Origin: Zancudomyces culisetae HAW-14-8
Taxonomy: Eukaryota; Fungi; Kickxellomycota
DNA length: 64,000 nucleotides
Direction: 5' to 3'
Assembly: GCA_052426225.1 (NCBI GenBank)
Contig: JBNJNM010000014.1
Span: 310,001 to 374,000 of the forward strand
The position numbers and the translations under genes were made by a program. The notes below the pieces were generated by a model. That model made no database searches. It was not told the origin of the DNA and worked only from the letters and a program-made list of their open reading frames with translations. Below are positions 48,937 through 60,488 of this stretch, in pieces. Numbering within the stretch: position 1 is the stretch's first letter; each line of letters opens with the position of its first letter.

Positions 48937-50784
48937 ATGTCGTTAAAGTTTAAGGATATCGGGTATAGCGTACGTAGTGGCAAGGGGAAGAATGCGAAAT
49001 ACACCCAAATATTGAAGGGGATGAGTGGCGAGATACAGAGAGGAGAAATGGTCGCAATCATCGGTAGTTCAGGTGCCGGTAAGAGTACCCTGCTAAACAT
49101 TCTTTCGGGAAGAATCAGTACAGGCTCTGTTTCAGGTCAGATTACATATAGAGGCAAAAGGCGAGTGCCACAAGAATTCAAAAAAGTTACATCATATGTG
49201 ATGCAGGATGATATTCTCTTCCCTACTCTTACAGTATATGAAACTCTTCTCTATTCTGCTCAGCTTAAAATTGACAGCAGTAAATACGATATGGCTAACA
49301 AGAGGGAAAGAGTTGAAGAAGTAATTAAAAGATTGAGACTGACACAGGCCAGAAACACACTTATTGGAGATGAGGCGGTTCGAGGAGTTTCAGGAGGTGA
49401 AAGAAAGAGAGTATCAATTGGAGTGGAAATAATCACAGAGCCTGAGCTTATCATGCTTGATGAACCAACATCAGGGCTTGATTCGAACTCGGCAGAGAAT
49501 GTGATGAGAATAATAAAGAACATTACTCGTGAAAAGAACCTGATTACTGTTTCTTCAATTCATCAACCTAACGCAAGAACCTTTTCGCTATTTGACAAAG
49601 TCATCCTGCTTACTGGTGGTAAAATAGTGTATTTTGGACCAACAGAAAAAGCTCTGGACTACTTTTTATCGATTGGATACGAATGCCCTGCTCACGAAAA
49701 TCCAGCAGATTTCTTTATCAACATGATGACGGTTGATACAAACACTGAAGAAGCGATGGAGGAATCGAGGCAAAGAATCGAGCATCTCAAAAAATCCTGG
49801 GAGAACAACCAAAAATCATCTGGTGATGATACCTTATTAACTGAAAAGGTTCCCTCAAGCCAAGCCAGTGATTCTGGGTATGAAAAGAGTCATCCACATG
49901 GAGGAATACTGAGCAGTGTTCGTACCGAGTTTAGCAATGGTTGGTTTGGAGAATTTGCCATTTTGTTGCGAAGATCATGGAGAAAGCAATCAAGGGATAC
50001 AGGATTTCTCATTTCTGCAGTCATGAGTGCCATCATACAAATGTTGCTTATCGGATTTACATTCTTCAACCAGGGAACAGGCTTTGCAAAAGCTCAAAAC
50101 AAAATTGGTCTTAGTTTTCTAATTGTTATAAACTTGGTCTTTCCAGTGGTAATGCCAATGCTGGGTGTTATGATTAAAGAAAGAAATGTGATGTTGCGAG
50201 AAAGAGCCAGCGGTTCTTATCGTGTATCCACTTTTCTTCTCTCAACTATATGCACAAAACTACCTGTCTCGATTGTACAAAACGCAATCTTTGTCATTGG
50301 AATATACTTTTTGGCCAAATTCCAGTACGACGTAGCAAAGTTTTTCATTTGCTTTGGAATTTATATGACCACAGTGATATGTTCATTCATGATTGCTACT
50401 GCTATTTCGACCATTGCACCAACTGTTGAAATCGCCTCCGTTCTTGCGCCAATATTTCTCTCTGTATTCTTGATTTATGGTGGAAATGCTGTTAATTTGG
50501 ACACGGTGACAAGAGTGCTGTTTTGGTTGAAGTATACTAGCTATATTTACTACAGTTACATGGGCGTCATGCAAAATGAGTTCAGTGGTCTGACCTTTGA
50601 GTGCTCTAATGACGGTCAATCTGCATGTCTTCCAACCGGCGAAGCTGTATTGGATGCTTACAAACTAACTGAATTTTCAATCTACCAATGTGCGTTGCTA
50701 AACATTGCTATTTCCTTTGTATTTTTGGCCGTTGCTTATTTATTATTACGATTCAAGGCCAAACCCAAGTATATTTATGTATAA
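48937..50784 (+). CDS. ABCG (White-like) half-size ABC transporter, NBD-TMD topology
   Basis: Walker A GSSGAGKST, signature VSGGERKRVSIG, Walker B MLDEPTSGLDS, SIHQP, NPADF, and six C-terminal TM helices. Confidence 0.96.
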   Translation: MSLKFKDIGYSVRSGKGKNAKYTQILKGMSGEIQRGEMVAIIGSSGAGKSTLLNILSGRISTGSVSGQITYRGKRRVPQEFKKVTSYVMQDDILFPTLTVYETLLYSAQLKIDSSKYDMANKRERVEEVIKRLRLTQARNTLIGDEAVRGVSGGERKRVSIGVEIITEPELIMLDEPTSGLDSNSAENVMRIIKNITREKNLITVSSIHQPNARTFSLFDKVILLTGGKIVYFGPTEKALDYFLSIGYECPAHENPADFFINMMTVDTNTEEAMEESRQRIEHLKKSWENNQKSSGDDTLLTEKVPSSQASDSGYEKSHPHGGILSSVRTEFSNGWFGEFAILLRRSWRKQSRDTGFLISAVMSAIIQMLLIGFTFFNQGTGFAKAQNKIGLSFLIVINLVFPVVMPMLGVMIKERNVMLRERASGSYRVSTFLLSTICTKLPVSIVQNAIFVIGIYFLAKFQYDVAKFFICFGIYMTTVICSFMIATAISTIAPTVEIASVLAPIFLSVFLIYGGNAVNLDTVTRVLFWLKYTSYIYYSYMGVMQNEFSGLTFECSNDGQSACLPTGEAVLDAYKLTEFSIYQCALLNIAISFVFLAVAYLLLRFKAKPKYIYV

Positions 50785-51111
50785 TTTTTATTTTAATTTA
50801 TGGATACAAAGGTTATTCATCGTGAAAAGCCCAATAATAATCAAATAAAAATATTTTCTATTCTTTTTCATCCTATATTTAAAAACTTTCTCTATAATCC
50901 TTTGGACGTGGTGTATGTCCAGTGTGGCGTTGAGGACTTCGTGCTAAACTTATTATGCTTTTGGGTAAATTTTATTTCTCATAAATACAAACGCGAGGCG
51001 TAAAATAACTTATCTAAATTAGGACAGTTAATACATATTTACATAAAGTCTACTAGTTACATACATCTAATTCTATCAATATATATATATATATATATCG
51101 GCACCCTATAG

Positions 51112-52164
51112 TTATAGCAGCTTTAACTTTAAAATATACGCATCTCTGCATCCATCTATTTCTTTTTTGTAGTATCCTTTGATCAGTTCAGATTTTGTAA
51201 ACCCAAAACGCTCAGTATAGAATCGGATAGCTCCAGAGTTTGTTCGTAACACATGTAGGACTATACTTTCAGTTTGGAATCCTGCGGGTTTACCTTTAAT
51301 TTTACAATTTTTTACGCTGTCATTATTGCGACGGAGTTGATCAATTAAGTTTTGTAACAAAATAGTTCCAATCCCCAAGTTTCTAAACATTGGTAGCACA
51401 CCAATCGTCATTATATACGCTTCATTGTACTGATGATGCCGGTGGTCTGTAGCAACAAAGCGCGAGTGGTACTCTTTCATTTCTGAAAGGCCTGATGCAT
51501 TGAAGTTGCCACCAGTAAGTCGTTGGTAATCTTCTGTGAACCTGTATGGCTGGTATCGGGTTATTATTGACCCGACGCTCCCAATCGTATCGCTAAGCGT
51601 CACTATTTTGGCCTGGTGCTCTCCCCTAACAATCCGATTATAAAACTCTGCCGAATATCTTATTGGGAATATCAAATCGTTCAACCCCTTCAATATCTTG
51701 ATATTCTTTACTGTTACATCATGCACTCTCAAGGAAAAGTATCTTGAGCTACCAAAACTTCCATTTTTGCGTGCACTATCATCTACATCATCACCTACTA
51801 CTGTAGAAGAACTAGACCAGCTGAATTCATCAGGTCTGTTGCTAAAAGATGTACTGTCGTTCTCTGGATCGCTTCTTTGATGTCTGTTCTTGACACTACT
51901 GGCAGAGAATCTGGAAAACAACATTTTATCTTTTGCTTGGGTATGACGCCCGTTTTGGAAACCGTTGTCATCAATGTATTTAAGATCACCTTCTTTAAAA
52001 CCGGACCCTTTATTATTTATGGTGTTATGATCGGTTTTGTTCCGACCATTGTTTTTGCCACTACCATTATCAGCACAATTGTTGTTGGACTGGTTGCATC
52101 CATGAACTCCAGGACTATTCCTGTTATCTTCAGAACTATTTATGAGTATTGTACCTGCTGCCAT
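51112..52164 (-). CDS. NAA50: N-alpha-acetyltransferase 50 (NatE/San)-like GNAT with a long disordered N-terminal extension
   Basis: Motifs VTVKNIKILKGLNDLIFPIRYSAEFY, YIMTIGVLPMFRNLGIGTILL, LHV..NSGAIRFY and YY....DAYIL. Confidence 0.8.
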   Translation of the reverse strand: MAAGTILINSSEDNRNSPGVHGCNQSNNNCADNGSGKNNGRNKTDHNTINNKGSGFKEGDLKYIDDNGFQNGRHTQAKDKMLFSRFSASSVKNRHQRSDPENDSTSFSNRPDEFSWSSSSTVVGDDVDDSARKNGSFGSSRYFSLRVHDVTVKNIKILKGLNDLIFPIRYSAEFYNRIVRGEHQAKIVTLSDTIGSVGSIITRYQPYRFTEDYQRLTGGNFNASGLSEMKEYHSRFVATDHRHHQYNEAYIMTIGVLPMFRNLGIGTILLQNLIDQLRRNNDSVKNCKIKGKPAGFQTESIVLHVLRTNSGAIRFYTERFGFTKSELIKGYYKKEIDGCRDAYILKLKLL

Positions 52165-54640
52165 TACTTGGTGTATTAGTAACTTTTATTAATTCGCTCG
52201 GTACGTTAGTCTTGGCTGTTTTATGTGCAAAGTCTTGTAAAATTGGTCGTCAAAGGGTATCCAAATGATAATATCCTAAACGCCAACACGTCTACTTTTT
52301 TCTTTCTTTACACTAAAACGTTGGTTGTGTTTTTTTCACTACTTATTCAAACGTAAACGGTACTGTTGCTATACCGTTGAAATATGTTATATGAATATCT
52401 TGGCAACAAGCCAATCCAAAGCTTGAATATATATACACTTCGTGTCCCTGTGTTTTGCGAATAGCTTAGTGGTATATCTACACAGGAATTTCTCTAGTTT
52501 ATTTATCTAGTGCTGATAGTTGAATGGTTCTTATATGAAAATATACTCTAACAACTCTCGAAATATGTAGCTATAGATATCTGCATACAGTATGGATTTT
52601 ATCCCGTTCTCTTGGTATTTGTGTTCCTTCACACCTTTCTATCCCTTTTATTTTACTTTAATTTTTGCAAAACCCGAATGAATTAATACAAAAAACTGAA
52701 AACAAAGATTAAATTGCATATATTGAGAATCAAGTTTGTTCCTTTCTTGTACTTTTATCCTTTTTTTTTCCGATTCTCAATGGTCTTGTGGTTTCTGGTT
52801 TTGTATCAAAAAAAGAGTGCATACTTTTGAGACCCAAGAATCGAAAATTCATTCAGAAATCCAGTCAACAATGCCAACACTTTTATTTTTTTATGTGATG
52901 CAATCTCCCCCTCTCCCCTTCATCTTCTCACTCCAACAAAAAAAAGAATAAAGTTATTTATTTTTCATCTCCATCCAATATGCATTTTTTCACTCTTTCT
53001 TTGTCACTTAGCTAAGTGGGGTGAATATTCAAGCCATTACATTTTACGTTTTTTCTTCATAAACTCTTTTTTTTTTCAATGTCAATCACAAATAAATCTG
53101 CCAACTTTCTCCTTGGATTTTAATTTGCTATTAAATATTCTTATTACATTATTTTCTTTTTCAGCCAATTGTGTTTAAAGGCACTGTTTTTCCTACTTAA
53201 TTATTGGAACTTAATACAAGCTTTTTCTCTGTATTTCCATGTTTCTGTTTACTTGGACACGAGTTATGACAAAGAATCTCACATTCAATTTGCTACACCC
53301 AAGATCCATCGTTGTTTTATTGTTTCTTCAATTTTCGCTAAATTCCTGGACAGGCAATCGATAAGAAAAATCAATGGCTTTCTAAAAGATTTTTTGGTGC
53401 CCATGATTGGTTATAATTTTAAACTATTTTTATCATTTGCTGGAAAGTATTGCACAATAACATTCTGTTTGCATAACTGTTTTCCTCTTGGCCTTTCCTT
53501 TTAAAGCAGACCCATCCTCCCCTCCACCCAAGAACAAATAAACTTATAGATCACCTGTTTTGTGGCCTGCTCAAGCTTTGATTTTGTTTAGGCCATTTCA
53601 ATTCATATTTTACCCATCTCGATTTTGTTTACTCTGTCCACTCACACCCCTCCCCACTAGCATTGTAGTATATGAATGTCACCTTAGCTTATTACAGTGT
53701 TTGTTTATTATTTCACCTAATTGTTTGAGTTCGGGAGAAGAGGATGATAATTTAGAGCCAATAACCATATTTTTCATTTAGACTCATCTTGTCTCCTTAT
53801 CCCCGCGCTCCAGGGGTTTGTACTACTAAAATTTGCTGGTGTTGAAATTCTCATTTTCTCACATCTGCTCCTCTATCTTTTTTTGTCATGCACCCCCCTC
53901 CTTCCCCTTAAAAATCTTTTTTTTTGCTTTTTGATACACAATTAGAAGTTACATGTTTCAAGTAATAATGTATACATTTCTCAATTATAAAGCACGTTTC
54001 TTCCTCCATAATTTGATTATAGAAGCCAAATTTAAATCACCTATTCAAAAAAAAAAAGTCACGCAATTTATATTAGTGTGCAAATGTGCAATTCTGTAGT
54101 TTTAACACGCTATATATGCGGTGATGTGCCAACATCTATTACTAAAGTGCATCACCATCCTCAGTTAGCCCGGGTTTTCAGTTCGGGCAATTACCTTCTT
54201 GTCCATTGTTAGTCACTACGAAAATGTACTCTTTTATTTTTTAAAAAAATCAGCGTTCATTTTCCCTCTACAAAAAACCGCACCAACCGCGAATGGTCTC
54301 GTTAGTAGTGACGTGATGCCGCTTTTAGAATTTTCGTTTCTCGCAGTACATAAACTACGAAAATTGTGAATAGACTATAAATAAGTGGCACCTCAATATG
54401 CGTTCTCTTATCACTATCCATCTTATTCCTAAAGCTTTGGTAGTTGCTTAGCAACACCATTTTTTTTGATTTATTTCTCACCTCTCACAGTTAAGTACAT
54501 TTTTTTCCTGATACCATCTTTTTATGCTTCAGTCAACACACTTTTATAGTTTTATCCTCTATTGAGTGCAAAAATAAATAAATGTGCTATTCAACGAATT
54601 GATGAGCGGATGAGTTGATGCCTGGTGTTTGCTTGAGATT

Positions 54641-54814
<174 letters not shown>

Positions 54815-55825
54815 ATTTCTTAATCCTATTTAAAATCTCAAAATTGCACTGCTAATAAACTCAATGGTACTAAAACAAAAGCGTGGCTATTTCCATCCTT
54901 TTGGAACTATTCAGAGGAATTCACATACTGAATACAATTTTATCTGTATATATACTGATTAATAAATATCTCTGCGTACCCAGGTGCTCAAATATTCTAT
55001 TTATTCCAAAATAGAAAAGTAATATAAAAGTCGCACTTGCCATATTGCCTCACAAATAATTATGATTGTGCCTCTTATGAACAGCTTCACACGTGGAAAT
55101 TTTCTACAAAGAAAAAAAAACAAAAGAACAAAAGAACAAAATAAACAACTCAACTGCCTGTTTTAGTGGGTTTTCCATGAATATGTCACAGGTTCTCAAT
55201 TCTTAAAATGTGATATACCCGAAAAAGTATGAAAATTTGAACCAAGTCTATCATGCGAACACAACCACAGCTACTCTTATGACATAGAAGTCTATTTAAA
55301 TATTCTGAAGGCACATTACACCAGACTCACGAGGTGTGATTGAGCATATGCGTATTTTATATAGAAGTAACACTGATATGCTAGTTATACCAAAAGGATA
55401 TATGGATTCTCCCCCTTTTGTAGCCTTCTTATTTGCTGGTTGCGTCTAGAAATTACTAACCAAGACTTGGAGAGCTACAAATCAAAAAAAAATTTCACAT
55501 CAAGTCAGATGCGGGTACAGCAAAGGTATTACATAAAGATGTGGAGAATTCAAAAAGAAAAAAATATCATTTGATTGCGCATTAGATCAATTATCACTCA
55601 ATCAACGCAATCAATGTTACATGCTTTATAAAGCCTAAAAGCGCAAACCCCCCCTTGATACTCACTTTTTCTTTAATCCATTCCATTTTATTTTAATCCA
55701 TCCTATTTGTTACCAGGCTCATTAGGCTTTACCGAGAACGTTGTGCTCACTTTAAAACTTTACTTACACAGACAAATAGCATACTTTCAGAGTTGAATTT
55801 AAACAGAATTACGGAATACTAAAAG

Positions 55826-57378
55826 ATGGTCGCCAAATCCATGTTATATTTTGGTGGAAGCTTTGCTTTAGGCGGGCTAACAGCATTTATTGCCATGAGA
55901 TCAAACAAGCAGCAACCGATAACAGCACAAGACAACTCGATCAATAAAACGCCGCTTGTAGTTCCATCACCCATATCGAAACCAGGCCTTGACAGTGTTG
56001 TACCACCTGTTCCGATTCAAAAACCTATGATTCAACAGCAACAAAATCAAGTTGCAACGAAGAATACTGCCGCAGGAGCTTTGAAATTTGGATACCCAGG
56101 TAATTTTCTCTTAATTTATCCGATCTAAATTACTTGCATAATCTACCTTCTAGCAAAAAGATACGAGGAATGGATAAAGACAAAGATATGAAAGAAAAAA
56201 CGCCGTTATCTGGCAGAATATATTATTTACCAGTATTTATCACAAAAATATTTGTGGGTTCAAAGCATTAACATTAAAATCAAATTTGATTTTTTTAGGT
56301 CCTATAAACGATAATGGAGTCAGAGAGGGTTATGCATACTCGTACAACAGACTGTTTAAAAATCCGAACTGGGTAACTGATTTTCCCATTCCTTAGCCTC
56401 AAATATAATTATATTATTGCAATCGCATTGTGATTAGTTCCTGCATATCTTTTCAATCCTTTTTTCAGAAACGGTTTTTTTCAAACTAATTATAAACTCA
56501 CGAATGGTTTTAACTATTAGATAGCAGAACACTTGACCAAAGAAAAACTGTTTGGCGATGGAAACAGAAAAGATATTCAATTCAAAGAGGATCACAGTAT
56601 TCCAAAAAGGTTTAGAGCATTGTTGTCGGATTATTTTAGAAGCGGATATGACAGGGGCCACATGGCACCGGCTGCAGATTGTAAAGTATCACAGAATGCC
56701 ATGGAGGAAACATTTTATCTCACAAATATTTCACCACAAGTCGGTGATGGGTTTAACAGACACTGTAAGTAGCAATACCCATATTTCATAACCATTTTTT
56801 CAACAAGAATATGTACATTGTACATTGTGCAACTTTCTTCCCTACTATCTAACATATCAATCGCATATAAAATGACATCTACCACTACATCCCATTAATT
56901 GTACGTTTTATCAACATAACTGGATATAGATTGGGCATTCTTCGAATCTTTTGTTCGCGATCTCACAAAGTCATACGATGATGTATATGTGGTAACCGGA
57001 CCACTATATCTTCCAAAGCTAGATCCAGAAACAAAAAAATGGTACGTAAAGTACCAAGTTATTGGAAATCCTCCAAATGTAGCTGTGCCCACTCATTTCT
57101 ATAAGGTAGTCATGGGAACGAAGAACAACGATAAAAACCACTACCTCCAAGCGTTTGTCTTGCCAAACACCCCTATTAGAAATGAGGAGAAGCTGGAATC
57201 ATTTATAATGCCTCTAGATGCTCTTGAACGCGCTTCAGGCCTGGAATTTTTCACCAGTTTGGATAAATCGAATAGTCCAATTGTGGATTTGTGTAAACAC
57301 ACGGTCTGTCAAGTAAAAGTCGACAAGAGATATCTTAAGGGTTCGCAGAAACCCGAGGAACTGCCAGCTCCTAAATAG
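55826..57378 (+). CDS. NUC1: Mitochondrial endonuclease G / Nuc1; exons 55826-56099, 56299-56372, 56521-56764, 56930-57378
   Basis: The spliced product contains KFGYP|GP, NPNW|IAEHLT, catalytic SGYDRGHMAPAAD, ETFYLTNISPQVGDGFNRH|YW, VTGPLYLP and VAVPTHFYKV. Confidence 0.95.
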
Positions 57379-57741
57379 TTTGTTGTTTAAAGAAAACTAA
57401 AAGGTTTTTTTTCTGTCTATAGTCTATATACTTCAACTTTTATTATTAGTTTTGCGCGCTTTGGTTCGTTGCTTTAGTATAAATGTGATAATTTGTTGTG
57501 TTGATTTCAATTGCCCCTGGTTTTAAAAGCATCAAATTTAGAATTTGCTGGAATAATACAGATCAAAAAATACAGCTTTTTAAGGAAATACAAACAGCAC
57601 ATACTATATAGGAACATTGTAGTATAGTGCCAAATATATAGACTATTTATAACCAGCAATATTGTGGAGAGTTTTTCTGTTTCATATGTGCTCGAAGTGC
57701 TAGCAAATGAATTTAAAAGCAGAAAAAGACTCGCATAAACG

Positions 57742-59153
57742 ATGAACAGTAAAGAGGCTGAGCGCTATGAATTTCCACTCTTTTACTGCTGTTATCTTTT
57801 GAGATCCCAGGCACCCAGGTACACAAAGCACACATATGTTGGCTCAACGCCAAATCCCATAAGAAGACTGCGACAACACAACGGCGAAATTTCCGCAGGT
57901 GCTTGGAAAACCAACAAGAAAAGACCCTGGTAAGTAGATATAATATATATTCTTTGTGCTTTGTACTTTGTTTCTTTTTCCTCTTTAGCAGGATATCTGG
58001 AATGGAATACGGTTGAATACATTATTCTCTTCAGCTTTGCTTGGAAATGTGAAATTTAAATGCTACAATACAAATTAGGGAAATGGTGGTCATCGTTTTT
58101 GGGTTTCCATCGAAAATTCATGCACTTCAGGTAGTTAGATTTCAGAAATATATAATAAAAGTCCAAGAATGATATTAGGGTTTAATACTGGAATGGCAAA
58201 GTTTACGCGGATTTCATATATTCGCATTTTCGTAAAAACCGGGTAGCCAGAGATATACAAAAAGCAAATATTTGTGCATTAATTTAATACTATCACTTTT
58301 AATCTAGTTTGAATGGGCATGGCAAAACCCCGAAAGATCGAGACACTTTTCACCTTTGGTTAGTTCTCCCGTAGCAACAACAATATTTGGAAAACCAAAA
58401 GATATTTATTCCACAAAACTCTTGGTCCTGACAGAAATGTTGGGGCTTGATCCGTGGCGAAAATGGCCACTCAAAATATGCTTTTCTCGAAACGACGAAT
58501 ACTTGAATTTTATCGATAATCGGCTTAACATCTCTAAGCAGATAGAGGTAGTCTGTGGCCCGATAGCAGATTTGTATCAACGTGAGATATCAGGTATATA
58601 CACTCTTCGTTCTAGATTGACTTTTACAAATTTAATTTATCATTTCTATCGTATCCTAGCTCAAGTACTCGTCTACCATCACTTTTTTTACATCAATATG
58701 ATGAAAATATGCTTAAACCCATACATCTGTTATAGCAGCTGGCGTTATCGCTTTCTCCGAAGGTTCTAGCTGCACGTTGTGTAATTCCTTGCTGAAGGTA
58801 TGTCAAATTGAGAACAATACTTTTATACAACTATTTACTTCTGCACTGACAGTGTAAACCAAGCTATAATCTCCCGCATCATTGAAACTTCTACTGATAC
58901 ACAAGTAAACAAGCAAAAATACATTACTCGATAGCCCAACGAACCTTGGGCACGATGCACAGGTCCAGCTTGCGATATGAGCGCTCATTTAATATGTATA
59001 GCCAGATCATCTAACGCTAAGGACGTAAACACAGGGCTCACAGCCCAGTCACTGCTACCTACCGAGTTCATATGCCACATATGTGGCAAAACAACACCTT
59101 GGGGGCATGCTGTGAGGTCCTTTAGTGTATTTCTAAAAACAATGAATACCTAA
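57742..59153 (+). CDS. SLX1: Structure-specific endonuclease Slx1; exons about 57742-57929, 58079-58130, 58308-58593, 58736-58797, 58935-59153
   Basis: GIY-YIG motifs [29 protein letters not shown]|EMV..ALQ|FEWAWQNP, and a C-terminal RING-like CTLC...C..C..HLIC...CHIC..W. The exon 4 acceptor was chosen to preserve the frame. Confidence 0.92.
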
Positions 59154-59304
59154 CAAGGCCTTACCTATTTTTCTCCAAAGCCATAGATTTTGTATTATAA
59201 AGTAAACAATATTTATTTTGTCGGTTATTACAAAACTGCTTAAAAATTAAGCAAACCCACGGATAAGGTTGATAGAAAGGACAAATAATGAAATAACTAC
59301 ATTA

Positions 59305-59940
59305 TTAGAGCATCTTTTTAGCAGACTCTAGGGCGGTCTTGATTTCCTGTCCTGTGGGATCAAACACATGAGCTAGTTCGAGTGATTCCACAGCTTCTTT
59401 ATAGCACCCCATACCAATTAATGCCTTTCCGCGGCGGAAGTACCCTTTCCCCCAATTTCTCTTGAGTCGCACAACAACTTCAGTGTCCCAGTAGGCCTCG
59501 CGATACTTTTCGACTTCCAAGAAGCATGCTACTCTATTACAAAGCAACACACTGCTCTCTTCGGCAATCAGTTGTCCACTATCCCATGGTGGTCGCTGGT
59601 TGGAGAATGTTAGAGCTTCAGTATACTTTGTAATGGCATCGTTGAAGTGTCTGTTTCGGAATTTCGTATTTCCAACGTTTTTCAATTCGCCAATCTTTTT
59701 GGCAATCTCTGGGCTCGGTGCGGGGATACCGGTGCCGTTGTACTCCATCTGCTTTGATAAGAAGTTAAATATAGAGTAATCCACATTGCAGTCACCACAA
59801 ACCTGCTTTAGATGAGTTTTACAATGCAGCAGGTTTTCGATAATGATTTTATCTGGTTCGCCAGGAATCTCGTGTTTTGGCGAATTCTCGTTGGTCGGAA
59901 AAGTGGGGCGCGCTCCAAAAGGTTTAATCTCGAGTGACAT
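59305..59940 (-). CDS. SEC72: Translocation protein Sec72-like TPR protein
   Basis: N-terminal C..H...C..C..DY motif, three TPRs, and RPPWD..EESSVLLCNR, typical of fungal Sec72. Confidence 0.75.
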   Translation of the reverse strand: MSLEIKPFGARPTFPTNENSPKHEIPGEPDKIIIENLLHCKTHLKQVCGDCNVDYSIFNFLSKQMEYNGTGIPAPSPEIAKKIGELKNVGNTKFRNRHFNDAITKYTEALTFSNQRPPWDSGQLIAEESSVLLCNRVACFLEVEKYREAYWDTEVVVRLKRNWGKGYFRRGKALIGMGCYKEAVESLELAHVFDPTGQEIKTALESAKKML

Positions 59941-60488
59941 TTTGCGTTACTGATGCTGGATAAAGTTGTAGTTTTCTTTAAATTGGCTGAATTGCAGATA
60001 GACTTTTTTGTATATGCCTCTCTGTTTTGCACTTCCTAAATACAAAAGCTGAAGTAAGCACAAGTAACGGTGTTTAATTTTAGCCTTAAATAAATTGCTG
60101 TTCTATTTTTTGGCATGGAGCCATTGGGCAAAAAAATACAATCTACTGACAAGAACGTTCTGCCCAATGAAATGAGCGGTATTTTATTTGGAATTACTTG
60201 TTTCAATTGAAAACAATGTGTTGTTTTGGAGGATAAAGTTGGCAATTGTGGCAATGAAAACGAGATTAATCTTGGACCCTCAAACTACTGACTCGTCACT
60301 ACAAGGTGCAGGTCTGCAATGAGATGGGTGTTGTGTGTTGGATGGGTATAGAGGACTGCATCTATTTGATGTAGCTCAACTTTTTGGATTGCTTTTAGCA
60401 AACTAAAAACCTACATCGCGTAAAAAACTAAAGGTGATATTGTGGTAAATACTAGGATAAAAAGAATACGAAAAATAATAAACCCAAG

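Noticed and set aside
57594-57620. CAGCACATACTATATAGGAAC resembles the 5' part of U6 snRNA
   Set aside because: It lacks the invariant ACAGAGA box and the downstream U6 sequence; a chance match.
55826-59153. NUC1-SLX1 tandem nucleases as a defence or functional cluster
   Set aside because: Both are ordinary eukaryotic housekeeping genes acting in different compartments, and adjacency alone is not evidence.
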